A stretch of DNA of 37,943 nucleotides from a virus (taxonomy: Duplodnaviria > Caudoviricetes): positions 1-37,943 of IMG/VR virus record IMGVR_UViG_3300037780_000036; one strand, 5' to 3'. Positions 18,568 to 26,509 of this stretch are shown here, piece by piece (position 1 is the stretch's first letter; every line of letters begins with the position of its first letter). The notes below the pieces were generated by a model, which ran no database searches, was not told where the DNA came from, and saw only the letters and a program-made list of their open reading frames with translations. A program made the position numbers and the translations under genes.

Positions 18568-19819
18568 AGACCAAAGCCTTAACATCATCTGGCGACAACT
18601 CGGGCGCGGGCGAAAGCGGGGCCGCCGCCATGCCAAGGCTTATCTGTGACGATTGCACAAGGATCGTATCGCCGCCCTCGATAGGCTCATAGCCCTTGAT
18701 CGCGCGCCGCTCGTTGATTGTCAGGTCCGTTGCCTTGTCTGCCATATCCCAAAGCGTTTGCCGCTTGTCTGCAATGGCGGGCACTTGATCCAGATCAGGG
18801 CGAAGTTCAATGCCCTCGGGGCCTGCCAGCCATGAATTCCAATCATCCGCGATAAGGTCAATCAGCGGAATGACTGTATCCTCCCAGAAGGCAAGCCGCG
18901 CCTCCTGATAGTTGGAATACGTGTTGTCACCCGGAATACCTAGCAACTGCGGCGGCACGCCAAGCGCCAATGCCACGTCTCGCGCGCTGCTGAATTTGGT
19001 CTCGATGATCTGCATGTCGACGGGGGATAGGCCCATCTGTTCCCATTTCAAGCCGCCTTCCAAAAGCATCGGCCTGCCAGCGTTGCGCGCGCCCGAATAT
19101 TGTTCGTCGATCTGCACCTTAAGGCGGTTGAATTGATCGTCGCTCAGCGGGTTTTCAGGCGACGACGACAATGCACCGGACGGGCGCGCGCTGTTCTGCA
19201 ATAGCGCCTGCATCCATTTCATCGCCTCGTTATTCTGGTCAACCGCATAGGCCCCCGCCTCGATAGGGCTTAGGCCATACCAATCATCAAGCGGGTTGAA
19301 TGACTTGATGTGGCGAACGTCGCTATCCATCGTGGCGGGATCAACATCCCAGCGCACAGTGCGCCCGGCGTTTTTGTATTCATACCCAATCGGGAAGCCA
19401 TTAGCGCCGGGGATAATCCGCATCCGATCAGGGCGAAGCTGATAGAGTTCGCGCACTTGCCCGCCAATCGTAACGCGTTCCTCATACCCGTTGCCGGAAA
19501 GCAGAAAGAAGCCCACCTTCGCCCGCACATACTGCGCGCCGGATTGCATGGGGTTCGGGCGGCGCAAGAGGCTGAGAATGGGATGCTCGCTTCTTTCCTC
19601 TTCGCCACGAAACGCCATCCAAGGCACAGACGCCACCGCATCGGCAACCTTGTTGATCGCCTGATAGGCAACCACGTTTTTACGATAGCCCTCATCCGCG
19701 AAGGCTGCGTAATCGCGGTTTGACCATGCGGGTTGACCGGGCGACATGACCATTGCCGCGCCCGCCCGGCTTTCCTTTGTTTCCGGCACGCCGGGCCTAA
19801 ACCATTTGAGCAAATCCAT
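18548..19819 (-). CDS. Portal protein, HK97 family
   Basis: LLRRPNP.Q, YGLSPI, NSARPSG, LLEGGLKW, GVPPQLLG, TYSNYQEA motifs. Confidence 0.97.
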   Translation of the reverse strand: MDLLKWFRPGVPETKESRAGAAMVMSPGQPAWSNRDYAAFADEGYRKNVVAYQAINKVADAVASVPWMAFRGEEERSEHPILSLLRRPNPMQSGAQYVRAKVGFFLLSGNGYEERVTIGGQVRELYQLRPDRMRIIPGANGFPIGYEYKNAGRTVRWDVDPATMDSDVRHIKSFNPLDDWYGLSPIEAGAYAVDQNNEAMKWMQALLQNSARPSGALSSSPENPLSDDQFNRLKVQIDEQYSGARNAGRPMLLEGGLKWEQMGLSPVDMQIIETKFSSARDVALALGVPPQLLGIPGDNTYSNYQEARLAFWEDTVIPLIDLIADDWNSWLAGPEGIELRPDLDQVPAIADKRQTLWDMADKATDLTINERRAIKGYEPIEGGDTILVQSSQISLGMAAAPLSPAPELSPDDVKALVYGKTPS

Positions 19820-19846
19820 CGCGCGCCCTTTGCAGTGCGTTTGCCT

Positions 19847-19879
19847 GTTACATTATCACATTGAAGCCCGATAGGCTAT
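19847..19879 (-). promoter_or_regulatory. Late promoter motif, copy 4
   Basis: ATAGCC...TGTGATAATGTAAC with the same spacing, upstream of the portal gene. Confidence 0.78.
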
Positions 19880-21096
19880 AGCGCGCGGATGCCGGGTGCA
19901 GACTTCCGCCGTATCATCGGCGAAACGGCATATCGCACCGCGTCCCAGCCGTGGTTGTGCGCATCGACAAGCGCTGTCGTCACGTCGCCCGTGTTCCGGT
20001 CCACCTTGTAGCTGTAAAGCCGCGCCTCGCGTTGCAAATTGGTGCAGCGCGGATGAATGACAATGCGCTTGAAGCTGCGCAGGTAGGCGATGCCATCCTC
20101 TACGCTTCCCGGCCATTTATCAACCGCCTGCGCGCGCGGCAACCCGTGGCGCTTAAGGTGCGATATGCTTTCTGGGCGCGCGTTGTCCCATCGGCTCACC
20201 TCGAGTTCAAAGCCCGGTATCGCGGCATTAACAAACGGCGCTGTGTCGTCCAGTTCCAAGCCGGTCTTATATGCCTCATGGCTAATCCACACATCATCGC
20301 CGTGCAGGTATACCGCCACCGCCGCTGTCGGGTCTTGGGAAAAGCCAAAGTCACCTCCGAAATATGGGCCTTGCCAATGCGGGCCTGGCGTGAATTCCTC
20401 GATTGCAACTTTCTTGGCGAACACCTGAGCGTCCGAGTTGGACAGATACGCGCCTTCCCAGACGTGCGCATACGTTGCCGGATCAAGCCGCTCTTGCTCG
20501 CGCTTGCGCAGAGTGTGCATTCCCTCGGGAAAAAACGGGTTATCCTGCCAGTTGATTTCACGGATCAACGCATTTGCGGGCGGGCGTTTGCGAAAGCGCT
20601 GGTCAACCGGGCTGCCGTCTAGGCGGGGGTTCCAGATCGCCCACAGTTCCGACTTAGGCTGTCGAAACACGGTTGCCTCCAAGGCAAGCCATGCGCTTTC
20701 CGGCACGTCCTCAGCTTCTTCGACAATCGTCAGATCAATCTTGGCAAGCGACTTGATTGATTGCTCGTTTCGCCTTAGCCCGCGAAAAATGAATTCCGTG
20801 CCGTTTGGCGCTTTAAGGTAATCCACACCGACATCGTAATGGCTGGACAGCCAAGGCTGGCTTTCAATCGCGGCTTTGAGTTCCGCGTGGAAGCTTTCCT
20901 TGATGCTCGCCTGAAACTCGCGCGTGCAAAGGATGCGCAGGGGTTCAGCATAGCCCCAGACAGACGCCATAAGCGCGGCGGTGTATGACTTGGCCGATCC
21001 CCTGCCTCCGAATAGCGCGCGATATTGGACGCTGCCACGCGGGGGCGTGAATACCGGCACTAGCTTGGGCGGCAGTTTAAGCCGGGCCGTCGTCAT
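19876..21096 (-). CDS. terL: Terminase large subunit, PBSX/Terminase_3 family
   Basis: GGRGSAKS Walker A, IVEEAE Walker B, WNP, GGDFGFSQDP, NHGWDAVRYA motifs. Confidence 0.96.
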   Translation of the reverse strand: MTTARLKLPPKLVPVFTPPRGSVQYRALFGGRGSAKSYTAALMASVWGYAEPLRILCTREFQASIKESFHAELKAAIESQPWLSSHYDVGVDYLKAPNGTEFIFRGLRRNEQSIKSLAKIDLTIVEEAEDVPESAWLALEATVFRQPKSELWAIWNPRLDGSPVDQRFRKRPPANALIREINWQDNPFFPEGMHTLRKREQERLDPATYAHVWEGAYLSNSDAQVFAKKVAIEEFTPGPHWQGPYFGGDFGFSQDPTAAVAVYLHGDDVWISHEAYKTGLELDDTAPFVNAAIPGFELEVSRWDNARPESISHLKRHGLPRAQAVDKWPGSVEDGIAYLRSFKRIVIHPRCTNLQREARLYSYKVDRNTGDVTTALVDAHNHGWDAVRYAVSPMIRRKSAPGIRAL

Positions 21097-21442
21097 CTGT
21101 CTCTGCGGCTTCGATGACGATCCGCGTGGGCGACATGGTTCCGTCGCTGGACGTGTGGTCAACAGACTGCCGCGCCGTCCCAAGCCCCCGATCTTCGCTT
21201 TCCTTGATCAAGCGCAGCACCTCTGATGTTAGCCGTTCCTCGATAAGCTTGTCTTTCTCGGGATGTTCGTTCATCAGCGCTTCAAGCGCTTCAAGAAACC
21301 GCCCACGAATGCGCGTTGCTCGCTCTGCGTTTTCGATTTCCATCTTCCGTTGCGCAGATGTGCGACCTTGCGGGTTGCCGTTTTCGGCCCCGAATTGTGT
21401 ATGCTTTGGCGGTTTCTTGTATCCGACTTCTGACATATTCAA
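21077..21442 (-). CDS. terS: Terminase small subunit (DUF5681-like N-terminus)
   Basis: VGYKKPPKHTQF...NPQGR N-terminus; VDHTSSDGTMSP tail; directly upstream of terL. Confidence 0.85.
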   Translation of the reverse strand: MNMSEVGYKKPPKHTQFGAENGNPQGRTSAQRKMEIENAERATRIRGRFLEALEALMNEHPEKDKLIEERLTSEVLRLIKESEDRGLGTARQSVDHTSSDGTMSPTRIVIEAAETDDDGPA

Positions 21443-21464
21443 TTTCCCATATCAGGGAAGCTTA

Positions 21465-21665
21465 TCAATCGCGCCGATATCCCGACATGCCGCGATATAG
21501 CTTGCCGTTTCGAAATGCTACGCCCTCAATCTCAAAGCTAACTACACCGCCGATGGTGTGCTTGATTGTCAACATGTGAACGCCATCAAGCTTGCGTCCA
21601 TGCTGGTCTTGAAGATGCGTCACGCCGTCAACTGTTACGGGCATAAGCTGAATTGTCTCTTGCAT
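21465..21665 (-). CDS. Small hypothetical protein, possibly leaderless
   Basis: ATG lies 3 nt downstream of late motif copy 5; no RBS. Confidence 0.55.
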   Translation of the reverse strand: MQETIQLMPVTVDGVTHLQDQHGRKLDGVHMLTIKHTIGGVVSFEIEGVAFRNGKLYRGMSGYRRD

Positions 21666-21668
21666 TGC

Positions 21669-21701
21669 GTTACCTTATCACTCTTGCCCGTTTCGTTCAA
21701 T
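21669..21701 (-). promoter_or_regulatory. Late promoter motif, copy 5 (degenerate: AGTGATAAGGTAAC)
   Basis: 12 of 14 core bases match; heads the terminase operon. Confidence 0.65.
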
Positions 21702-21804
21702 GCGCGGGGTCACGGGCGAAAGGATAATCCCGCCCCCGCTGCCGTGGATAGCGTCACACACTAAAACGCGGCTCTCACGGCTTACCGCCAGCTTGGCCCG
21801 CTGG

Positions 21805-22149
21805 TCAGGGCGTCTCGTTCACAAGCCCCCATCGTGACGCGCCCCTGAGATTGACGCTATCCACGCGGCGGATCAACCCCTTTTCGCGCAGGTTGTTCGC
21901 GGCTTTGGAAACGGCGTTAGGCGTTAGGCCGGTTTCTTTGGCGATCTGTCGCACGGTCATGGGGCCTTGCTTGAGGGCTTGAAGGATCACGTCGCGCGTT
22001 GTCGTGCTTTCCTCTGGCGCGGGCTTGGGCTTGATGTATGGCGCTTTCCAAGGCTCGCAGGACACTGAAACGATGCCGGTTGCAATGCCCTCGCCTATGC
22101 TTTGGCCGGGGATGGTGCGAACAATGTATTGCCGGATTGGTATGTTCAT
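21805..22149 (-). CDS. Winged-helix DNA-binding protein
   Basis: ILQALKQGPMTVRQIAKETGLTPNAVSKAANNLREKGLI. Confidence 0.85.
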   Translation of the reverse strand: MNIPIRQYIVRTIPGQSIGEGIATGIVSVSCEPWKAPYIKPKPAPEESTTTRDVILQALKQGPMTVRQIAKETGLTPNAVSKAANNLREKGLIRRVDSVNLRGASRWGLVNETP

Positions 22150-22778
22150 CACATGCTTTCCATCTGGTCGACGTTGCAGCGATGCACGGTGAAGGTCAGA
22201 GCCGCAACCCACGGGTTTGCGTACCATGCGGCGGGGCCGTGGAGGCTGTTCCAGAGATGATGAAATGCCCAAACGGTTTTCGGGTAGCCGATAGTTCCTT
22301 TATGGCCGCGCCAGCCGCCGTAGCCATCTGGCATCACGCCCTCCGCCGAAGCATCCGCCTCACTGATTTCCCGCAACCGCTGCACCCGCACGTCCGTGAC
22401 AACCAGCGTCAGGCGGGAAGCCCATCGGGGCATGTGGATGGATGGACGCCAGCGACCATCAGTCGGTTGTCCGTTTGCGGTTGCCTTGTAGTCCGGGCGA
22501 TAAAATCCCTCCTCGGCGTCGGCGCTTTCATGCGTCCACGCTTCCCGCACCCAGAGGCGGTCTCCGGGGGCGTAATCTGGATTGATGGTTGCGCCAATGC
22601 CCATGCCGCCAACAATGTTCCAGGCGCCGCCAACAGATCGCTCAGCGCGCCAGCCGGTAAATCTTGGGTTTGCGCCGGGTTTCCAGTGTATTTTTGCCAC
22701 CCGCCGCGTCTGCGTCTTGCGTCCATCCAACAGAGCGCGGACCATCGGCGCGGAAAAAATGATTGGCTTAGCTTTCAT
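22149..22778 (-). CDS. Conserved phage protein, ASCH/PUA-like
   Basis: PIIFSAPMVRALLDGRKTQTRR, GDRLWVREAW, WRPSIHMPRWASR, W.ANPWV motifs. Confidence 0.85.
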   Translation of the reverse strand: MKAKPIIFSAPMVRALLDGRKTQTRRVAKIHWKPGANPRFTGWRAERSVGGAWNIVGGMGIGATINPDYAPGDRLWVREAWTHESADAEEGFYRPDYKATANGQPTDGRWRPSIHMPRWASRLTLVVTDVRVQRLREISEADASAEGVMPDGYGGWRGHKGTIGYPKTVWAFHHLWNSLHGPAAWYANPWVAALTFTVHRCNVDQMESM

Positions 22779-23119
22779 CACATACCCGCCCATTCCCAAA
22801 TAATCACAACCGTTGCCGCGCCGTCCTCGAGGATCAGCCAGCCGGGGTCAGCGACGAAGCCATCGGGCGGCGTTACCGTGAATTCGTCGGGATCGCGCCC
22901 CGGTTCAGCCGCATACATTACGACAACGTCGCGACCATCGTGGTGCAGGACGCAGGGACCTTCCCGAAAGCGCGGCGCTAGACGGTTGTCGATCACGACT
23001 TGCGCCCATGCTTGGGGATGCGGGGCGATGCTTGCGCGCGTGCCGTTCGCGCCGAAGTCGCATGTATCTGCCAGCGCGGGTGATGCGGCTAGGCATATGG
23101 CGATTGCGGCGCGGATCAT
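22778..23119 (-). CDS. Secreted hypothetical protein
   Basis: Signal peptide MIRAAIAICLAASPALA. Confidence 0.7.
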   Translation of the reverse strand: MIRAAIAICLAASPALADTCDFGANGTRASIAPHPQAWAQVVIDNRLAPRFREGPCVLHHDGRDVVVMYAAEPGRDPDEFTVTPPDGFVADPGWLILEDGAATVVIIWEWAGM

Positions 23120-23331
23120 GGCTGCACCATGTGCGCAATGCCATCAACGCAAGCCGTTCGGGTGCAATCTGACAACCGGCTTTCGGGCAAATGGCAAACA
23201 CTGCAAAACGGCTCATTGGCTTCGCGTTCTTCGCGCAAAGTTTTTTCGCGCTCAGCTTCGGCTGGCTTGCATTTTGAACCGATCTTAATGCAGTCGCAAG
23301 CTGGGTGCGTGCATTTCCAATGGCGGGTCAT
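23116..23331 (-). CDS. Small Cys-rich hypothetical protein
   Basis: Eight Cys in two clusters; ATGA overlaps on both sides. Confidence 0.65.
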   Translation of the reverse strand: MTRHWKCTHPACDCIKIGSKCKPAEAEREKTLREEREANEPFCSVCHLPESRLSDCTRTACVDGIAHMVQP

Positions 23332-23687
23332 TTGCTTTGCTCCTGTGCAATCAGGGCCTCAAGGATTGCCAAAAGCCATGCGCGGGCGGGTGTGTATGGC
23401 GCTTCAATTTCCGGTGTTGAAAATTCAGGCCCGTCAAGAACCGCCACATAATCGCAATCAGTCAAGGCGAACACTTGCCAGCCCCACCCCGGCAACACCG
23501 CCTCGTGCAGCGCCTTGGCTGCGTCAAGGCTGCCTTTGTATGCGTGTAGGCAATGTTCTTCGCGCAACTGCAAGTCCATGTCCTGACACGGCGTCGAAAA
23601 CGCCGCCCTGTTGGCACGGCGAAAACCGGCATAGTCCCCCGCCTTCACTTTGTCCCGCAGTTCGATCAGCGCTTCAATCCGTGTCAT
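23328..23687 (-). CDS. Conserved phage hypothetical protein
   Basis: SLDAAKALHEAVLPGW...PARAWLLAIL.ALIAQ pattern. Confidence 0.75.
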   Translation of the reverse strand: MTRIEALIELRDKVKAGDYAGFRRANRAAFSTPCQDMDLQLREEHCLHAYKGSLDAAKALHEAVLPGWGWQVFALTDCDYVAVLDGPEFSTPEIEAPYTPARAWLLAILEALIAQEQSK

Positions 23688-24025
23688 GTCACCACCTGAA
23701 AGCATTTGATATCGTGGGCCTTGGAACAGCGCACCGCGCCGCGCGTCACGAGGCTGGATAGGCCGTTTTCCACCTGACGGCGCGGAAGATGCGTTGCCGT
23801 CATGACGTCTTGGATGGTGCGCCATTTGCCATCGGCTAGGGCTGCCATGATCTTGGGATATTCGTTTGACGATCCCCCCTTGTGCATCTCGGGAAGCTTT
23901 GGCGGCTGGCTTGGCTTCATGGCCTTGTGGATGCGGCGGGCAACTTGATCCTCGATCAGCGTTGCCGCGCGCGGGTATAAGAAGGGGCTGGCGAGCGTGA
24001 TTTCCTGGGCTTCGGCACTGGTCAT
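23684..24025 (-). CDS. Winged-helix DNA-binding protein
   Basis: IMAALADGKWRTIQDVMTATHLPRRQVENGLSSLVTRGAV. Confidence 0.75.
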   Translation of the reverse strand: MTSAEAQEITLASPFLYPRAATLIEDQVARRIHKAMKPSQPPKLPEMHKGGSSNEYPKIMAALADGKWRTIQDVMTATHLPRRQVENGLSSLVTRGAVRCSKAHDIKCFQVVT

Positions 24026-24345
24026 TTGATGCGCTCCATTTTCACCGATGAGCAATCCGGCACGCCGTCGATGGTGTCAAAGGTGATGCAGTGTGTGTCG
24101 TGGTTTTCTGGTTTGTGAGTGAATGCCCAGCAAAAACCCTCTTGCCCATACAGCGTTAGGGTTTTCCGCTTCGGCTCTGGACGGACGCGGTAATAAATGT
24201 TGTTGCACCAACTTGGCGTCGCCGCTCCCCAATGCTCCCCATACATGCTATTTTCAATCACCTTGCCCTCATGGTGCGCCAGAAGCAGCGCGCCTTTTTC
24301 CTCGGGCGTCATGTCGCGCCATAGCTTGGGTGTGTCTTGTGTCAT
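24022..24345 (-). CDS. Hypothetical protein
   Basis: MTQDTPKLWRDMTPEEKGALLLAHHEG; leader resembles the early-gene leader repeat. Confidence 0.75.
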   Translation of the reverse strand: MTQDTPKLWRDMTPEEKGALLLAHHEGKVIENSMYGEHWGAATPSWCNNIYYRVRPEPKRKTLTLYGQEGFCWAFTHKPENHDTHCITFDTIDGVPDCSSVKMERIK

Positions 24346-24398
24346 CTGTGTGTTCTCTTGTGTGTGGTGCCAGGCTCTGTGGCCGGGCTTGGGGGTGT

Positions 24399-24707
24399 TC
24401 AATGCAAAACGGCTTTTCCGCCCTTCATTTGGATGCCAAGAGATCGGGCGGCGGTGTATACTCCGCCTGTATTTTTCCAACCAATTGCTTTTGCGATTTC
24501 TTCCGCTGACAAACCAGCCCGCAACATCTGCTTTACAGTGGCACGCTTAGACCCGTCTCGCGCGCGACGGTTGATAAAGTCTGCTAGCGTCATCCCGTAG
24601 GTCGCGGCTATCGCTTCCATTTCTTGAATGCACTCTGCGCGTCGGCGCTGCATTTCCGCTTCAACCAACTTTTGAAGTTCTGCCATTCAGAGCGATTTGA
24701 TTTCCAT
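24399..24707 (-). CDS. H-NS/HvrA-like N-terminal domain fused to an HTH; in-frame TGA at codon 7 (restart ATG at 24686)
   Basis: GGAGA RBS then MEIKSL*MAELQKL...EMEAIAATYGMTLADF; C-terminal GLSAEEIAKAIG. Confidence 0.65.
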
Positions 24708-24755
24708 TACGTTATTCTCCATTTCTAGGCCATTGCCCGTTTCCATGCCTAGACA

Positions 24756-24980
24756 CTAGCTCCCCCCGTTCCGCCCGTCAACACCTTTGTGCGCCTTTGC
24801 CAAACTTTTATCATGCTCTGCCGTCGCCCATGCGTTTAGCCATCCCTGCCGCCATTCGTGATAGGGGCCGGGGTATGCGTCGCCGTCCCAAGGTGGGGAC
24901 TTGGCGTAGGGGTTTGCATCGATAGGCTGGCCCGCGCGGAATGCGGCCTGCGCGGCTTTGAAGGGGGGCAGATCAGCCAT
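24756..24980 (-). CDS. Rmf/CrpP-like small protein
   Basis: AFRAG.....NPY...EWRQGW pattern. Confidence 0.55.
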   Translation of the reverse strand: MADLPPFKAAQAAFRAGQPIDANPYAKSPPWDGDAYPGPYHEWRQGWLNAWATAEHDKSLAKAHKGVDGRNGGS

Positions 24981-25413
24981 TGCGGTTGCTCTGAATGCGC
25001 GCAACGCCAGCGGCGCGAAGGATTGCTTGCGCTTGTTCTGCAGATATGCGCTGGCGCTCCGGCTCAGGATCTTGCTTGGGAAGGCTTGCGGCGACCTTCT
25101 TGCCCCTCGCCTCTTTTAGTATTGCGACGACATCGCCAGGCGTAGGGCGCGCGCGCGGGTGTTCGCGGTTCCACTTGCGAAGGCCCCACAACACTTGCTC
25201 TTGCGTCCAGTCCTGCAATTCGTCGCACCACCACGCCAGTTGTGCGGCCCGGATTTCATCCGCTTCATGCGGCTGAAAATACGCGCTTAGAACTGTCTTG
25301 ACGTCAAAAGCAATCTTCGCCCGGTGTTCGGCTAGCTGCTGCGGCGAAAGCGATTTGGCGATCTGCGGTGTCGCGGGCGGTATCTCGCGCCGCATGGCTA
25401 TTTCGGTGCCCAT
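24973..25413 (-). CDS. Putative helicase loader (lambda P / G39P-like)
   Basis: W..EL.DW..EQV..GL..W......PTPGDV pattern; GGAGG RBS; overlaps the preceding O-like gene. Confidence 0.65.
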   Translation of the reverse strand: MGTEIAMRREIPPATPQIAKSLSPQQLAEHRAKIAFDVKTVLSAYFQPHEADEIRAAQLAWWCDELQDWTQEQVLWGLRKWNREHPRARPTPGDVVAILKEARGKKVAASLPKQDPEPERQRISAEQAQAILRAAGVARIQSNRNG

Positions 25414-25648
25414 CTTTTTGCCTCCAATACCAACCGGCTTTGATCGTCTGCCAGCCGTGTTCCTGCGCCATGTCTAGCGCCTCTGTGGCGTCACCCCCAG
25501 CCGCGTTGATAGCGGCTAGGGTCTTGGCGATCATGCAAGCCGCGCGCTCTGTCAGCGGCTTCCTGATCTTCTTGCGCCATGCAGCGAAGCTGTCGCAGGC
25601 TTCGCTGTCCGCGTGGTGCGCAAGGATTTGTGACGGCGTTTCGATCAT
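25304..25648 (-). CDS. Replication initiator-like C-terminal domain only (O/DnaT-like), no N-terminal HTH
   Basis: F..WRKKIRKPLTERAA...L......ALD....GWQTI pattern; only 114 aa. Confidence 0.65.
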   Translation of the reverse strand: MIETPSQILAHHADSEACDSFAAWRKKIRKPLTERAACMIAKTLAAINAAGGDATEALDMAQEHGWQTIKAGWYWRQKDGHRNSHAARDTARDTADRQIAFAAAASRTPGEDCF

Positions 25649-26388
25649 GCTGGATACCCGTCATGCACTACGCCATCCAGCGCGCGGCCCTTTGCCTTGA
25701 TCTCGCGCTGATTGCGGCCCTCCCATTGCTTGAACAGGAACGGCACGCCAGCGACTGCACACTGGTCGCGCAGGTTGCGAAACCAGTCAGGATTGACTGG
25801 CCTGTAATGCGCGCCGTTTTCGCCACCAGTGATCACCCATGACGGCATGATATCGGCCGGGATATCGCCTAGGTCACCGACCAGAGGCTCAGCAGACCAG
25901 AACGTGATACGCGCGGGAATTTTGGCAAGCGCCGCGCCTCGCCGCAACATTTCCTCGCGGTTTTCCGTAGAAACCCCAAGCCAGACGTTTGCATATCCGG
26001 CGCCCCAATCATCGGGCAGATACCGCGCAATGTTCTGCGGGCGCTTGGTCAACAAAAGCCAGTCAAGGTGCGGCGTGTTGCGGATCAAAAGCCATAATTC
26101 GCGCCGCCATGCCGGATCAATGCTCTTGTGATTGTCGAACACGTCAGCCAAAGAAGCGCAGAATACGCGCGGGCGTTCTCCCGTCTCGGCTGCTTGGCGG
26201 TTCCACTTCACGGGGTTGCCCCATGACTTTGTGCGCGTCCGTGGCGCATGTGCCCCCCAGCGTTCGCCGTTAAATCTCTTGTCCCATGCCTCTGCATAGC
26301 AATGGTCGCAAGCCGCGCTGACCTTGGTGCATCCAATCCACGGGTTAAAGGTGTGGGTTGTCCACTCAATACCGCTATTTTCTGCCAT
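25645..26388 (-). CDS. Phage Gp37/Gp68 family protein (DUF5131)
   Basis: IEWTTHTFNPWIGCTKVSAACDHCYA, VFCASLADVF, LLTKRP, WVITGGENG, FLFKQW motifs. Confidence 0.93.
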   Translation of the reverse strand: MAENSGIEWTTHTFNPWIGCTKVSAACDHCYAEAWDKRFNGERWGAHAPRTRTKSWGNPVKWNRQAAETGERPRVFCASLADVFDNHKSIDPAWRRELWLLIRNTPHLDWLLLTKRPQNIARYLPDDWGAGYANVWLGVSTENREEMLRRGAALAKIPARITFWSAEPLVGDLGDIPADIMPSWVITGGENGAHYRPVNPDWFRNLRDQCAVAGVPFLFKQWEGRNQREIKAKGRALDGVVHDGYPA

Positions 26389-26419
26389 ATTTCGCCCTCC
26401 TTGGCGTCTCCCATGTAAA

Positions 26420-26473
26420 GCGCGGGCAGGCAGGGGGAGGGCCTGCTTTTCGGGGATCAGCCTATCCCGCGCA
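26420..26473 (-). ncRNA. Structured leader riboregulator with an anti-SD loop (Proteo-phage-1-like, from memory)
   Basis: gcgcggg-a-tagg...cctg-cccgcgc outer stem, ctgatccccgaaaag junction, inner hairpin loop CCCTCCC complementary to the downstream GGAGGG RBS. Confidence 0.6.
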
Positions 26474-26509
26474 CGTCAATCCTTGCCGTTTTCGTCTTGC
26501 AGGTCAAAT

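Noticed and set aside
1-21442. Gene transfer agent cluster
   Set aside because: Structural genes are GTA-like, but the element is circular and has its own replication, recombination and early genes
22038-23288. 416-aa plus-strand ORF, and similar long ORFs such as 15738-17123 and 8158-8844
   Set aside because: Antisense shadows of well-supported minus-strand genes in GC-rich DNA
24687-24689. Genome-wide TGA recoding
   Set aside because: Many genes end in TGA with ATGA coupling; only one in-frame case was seen
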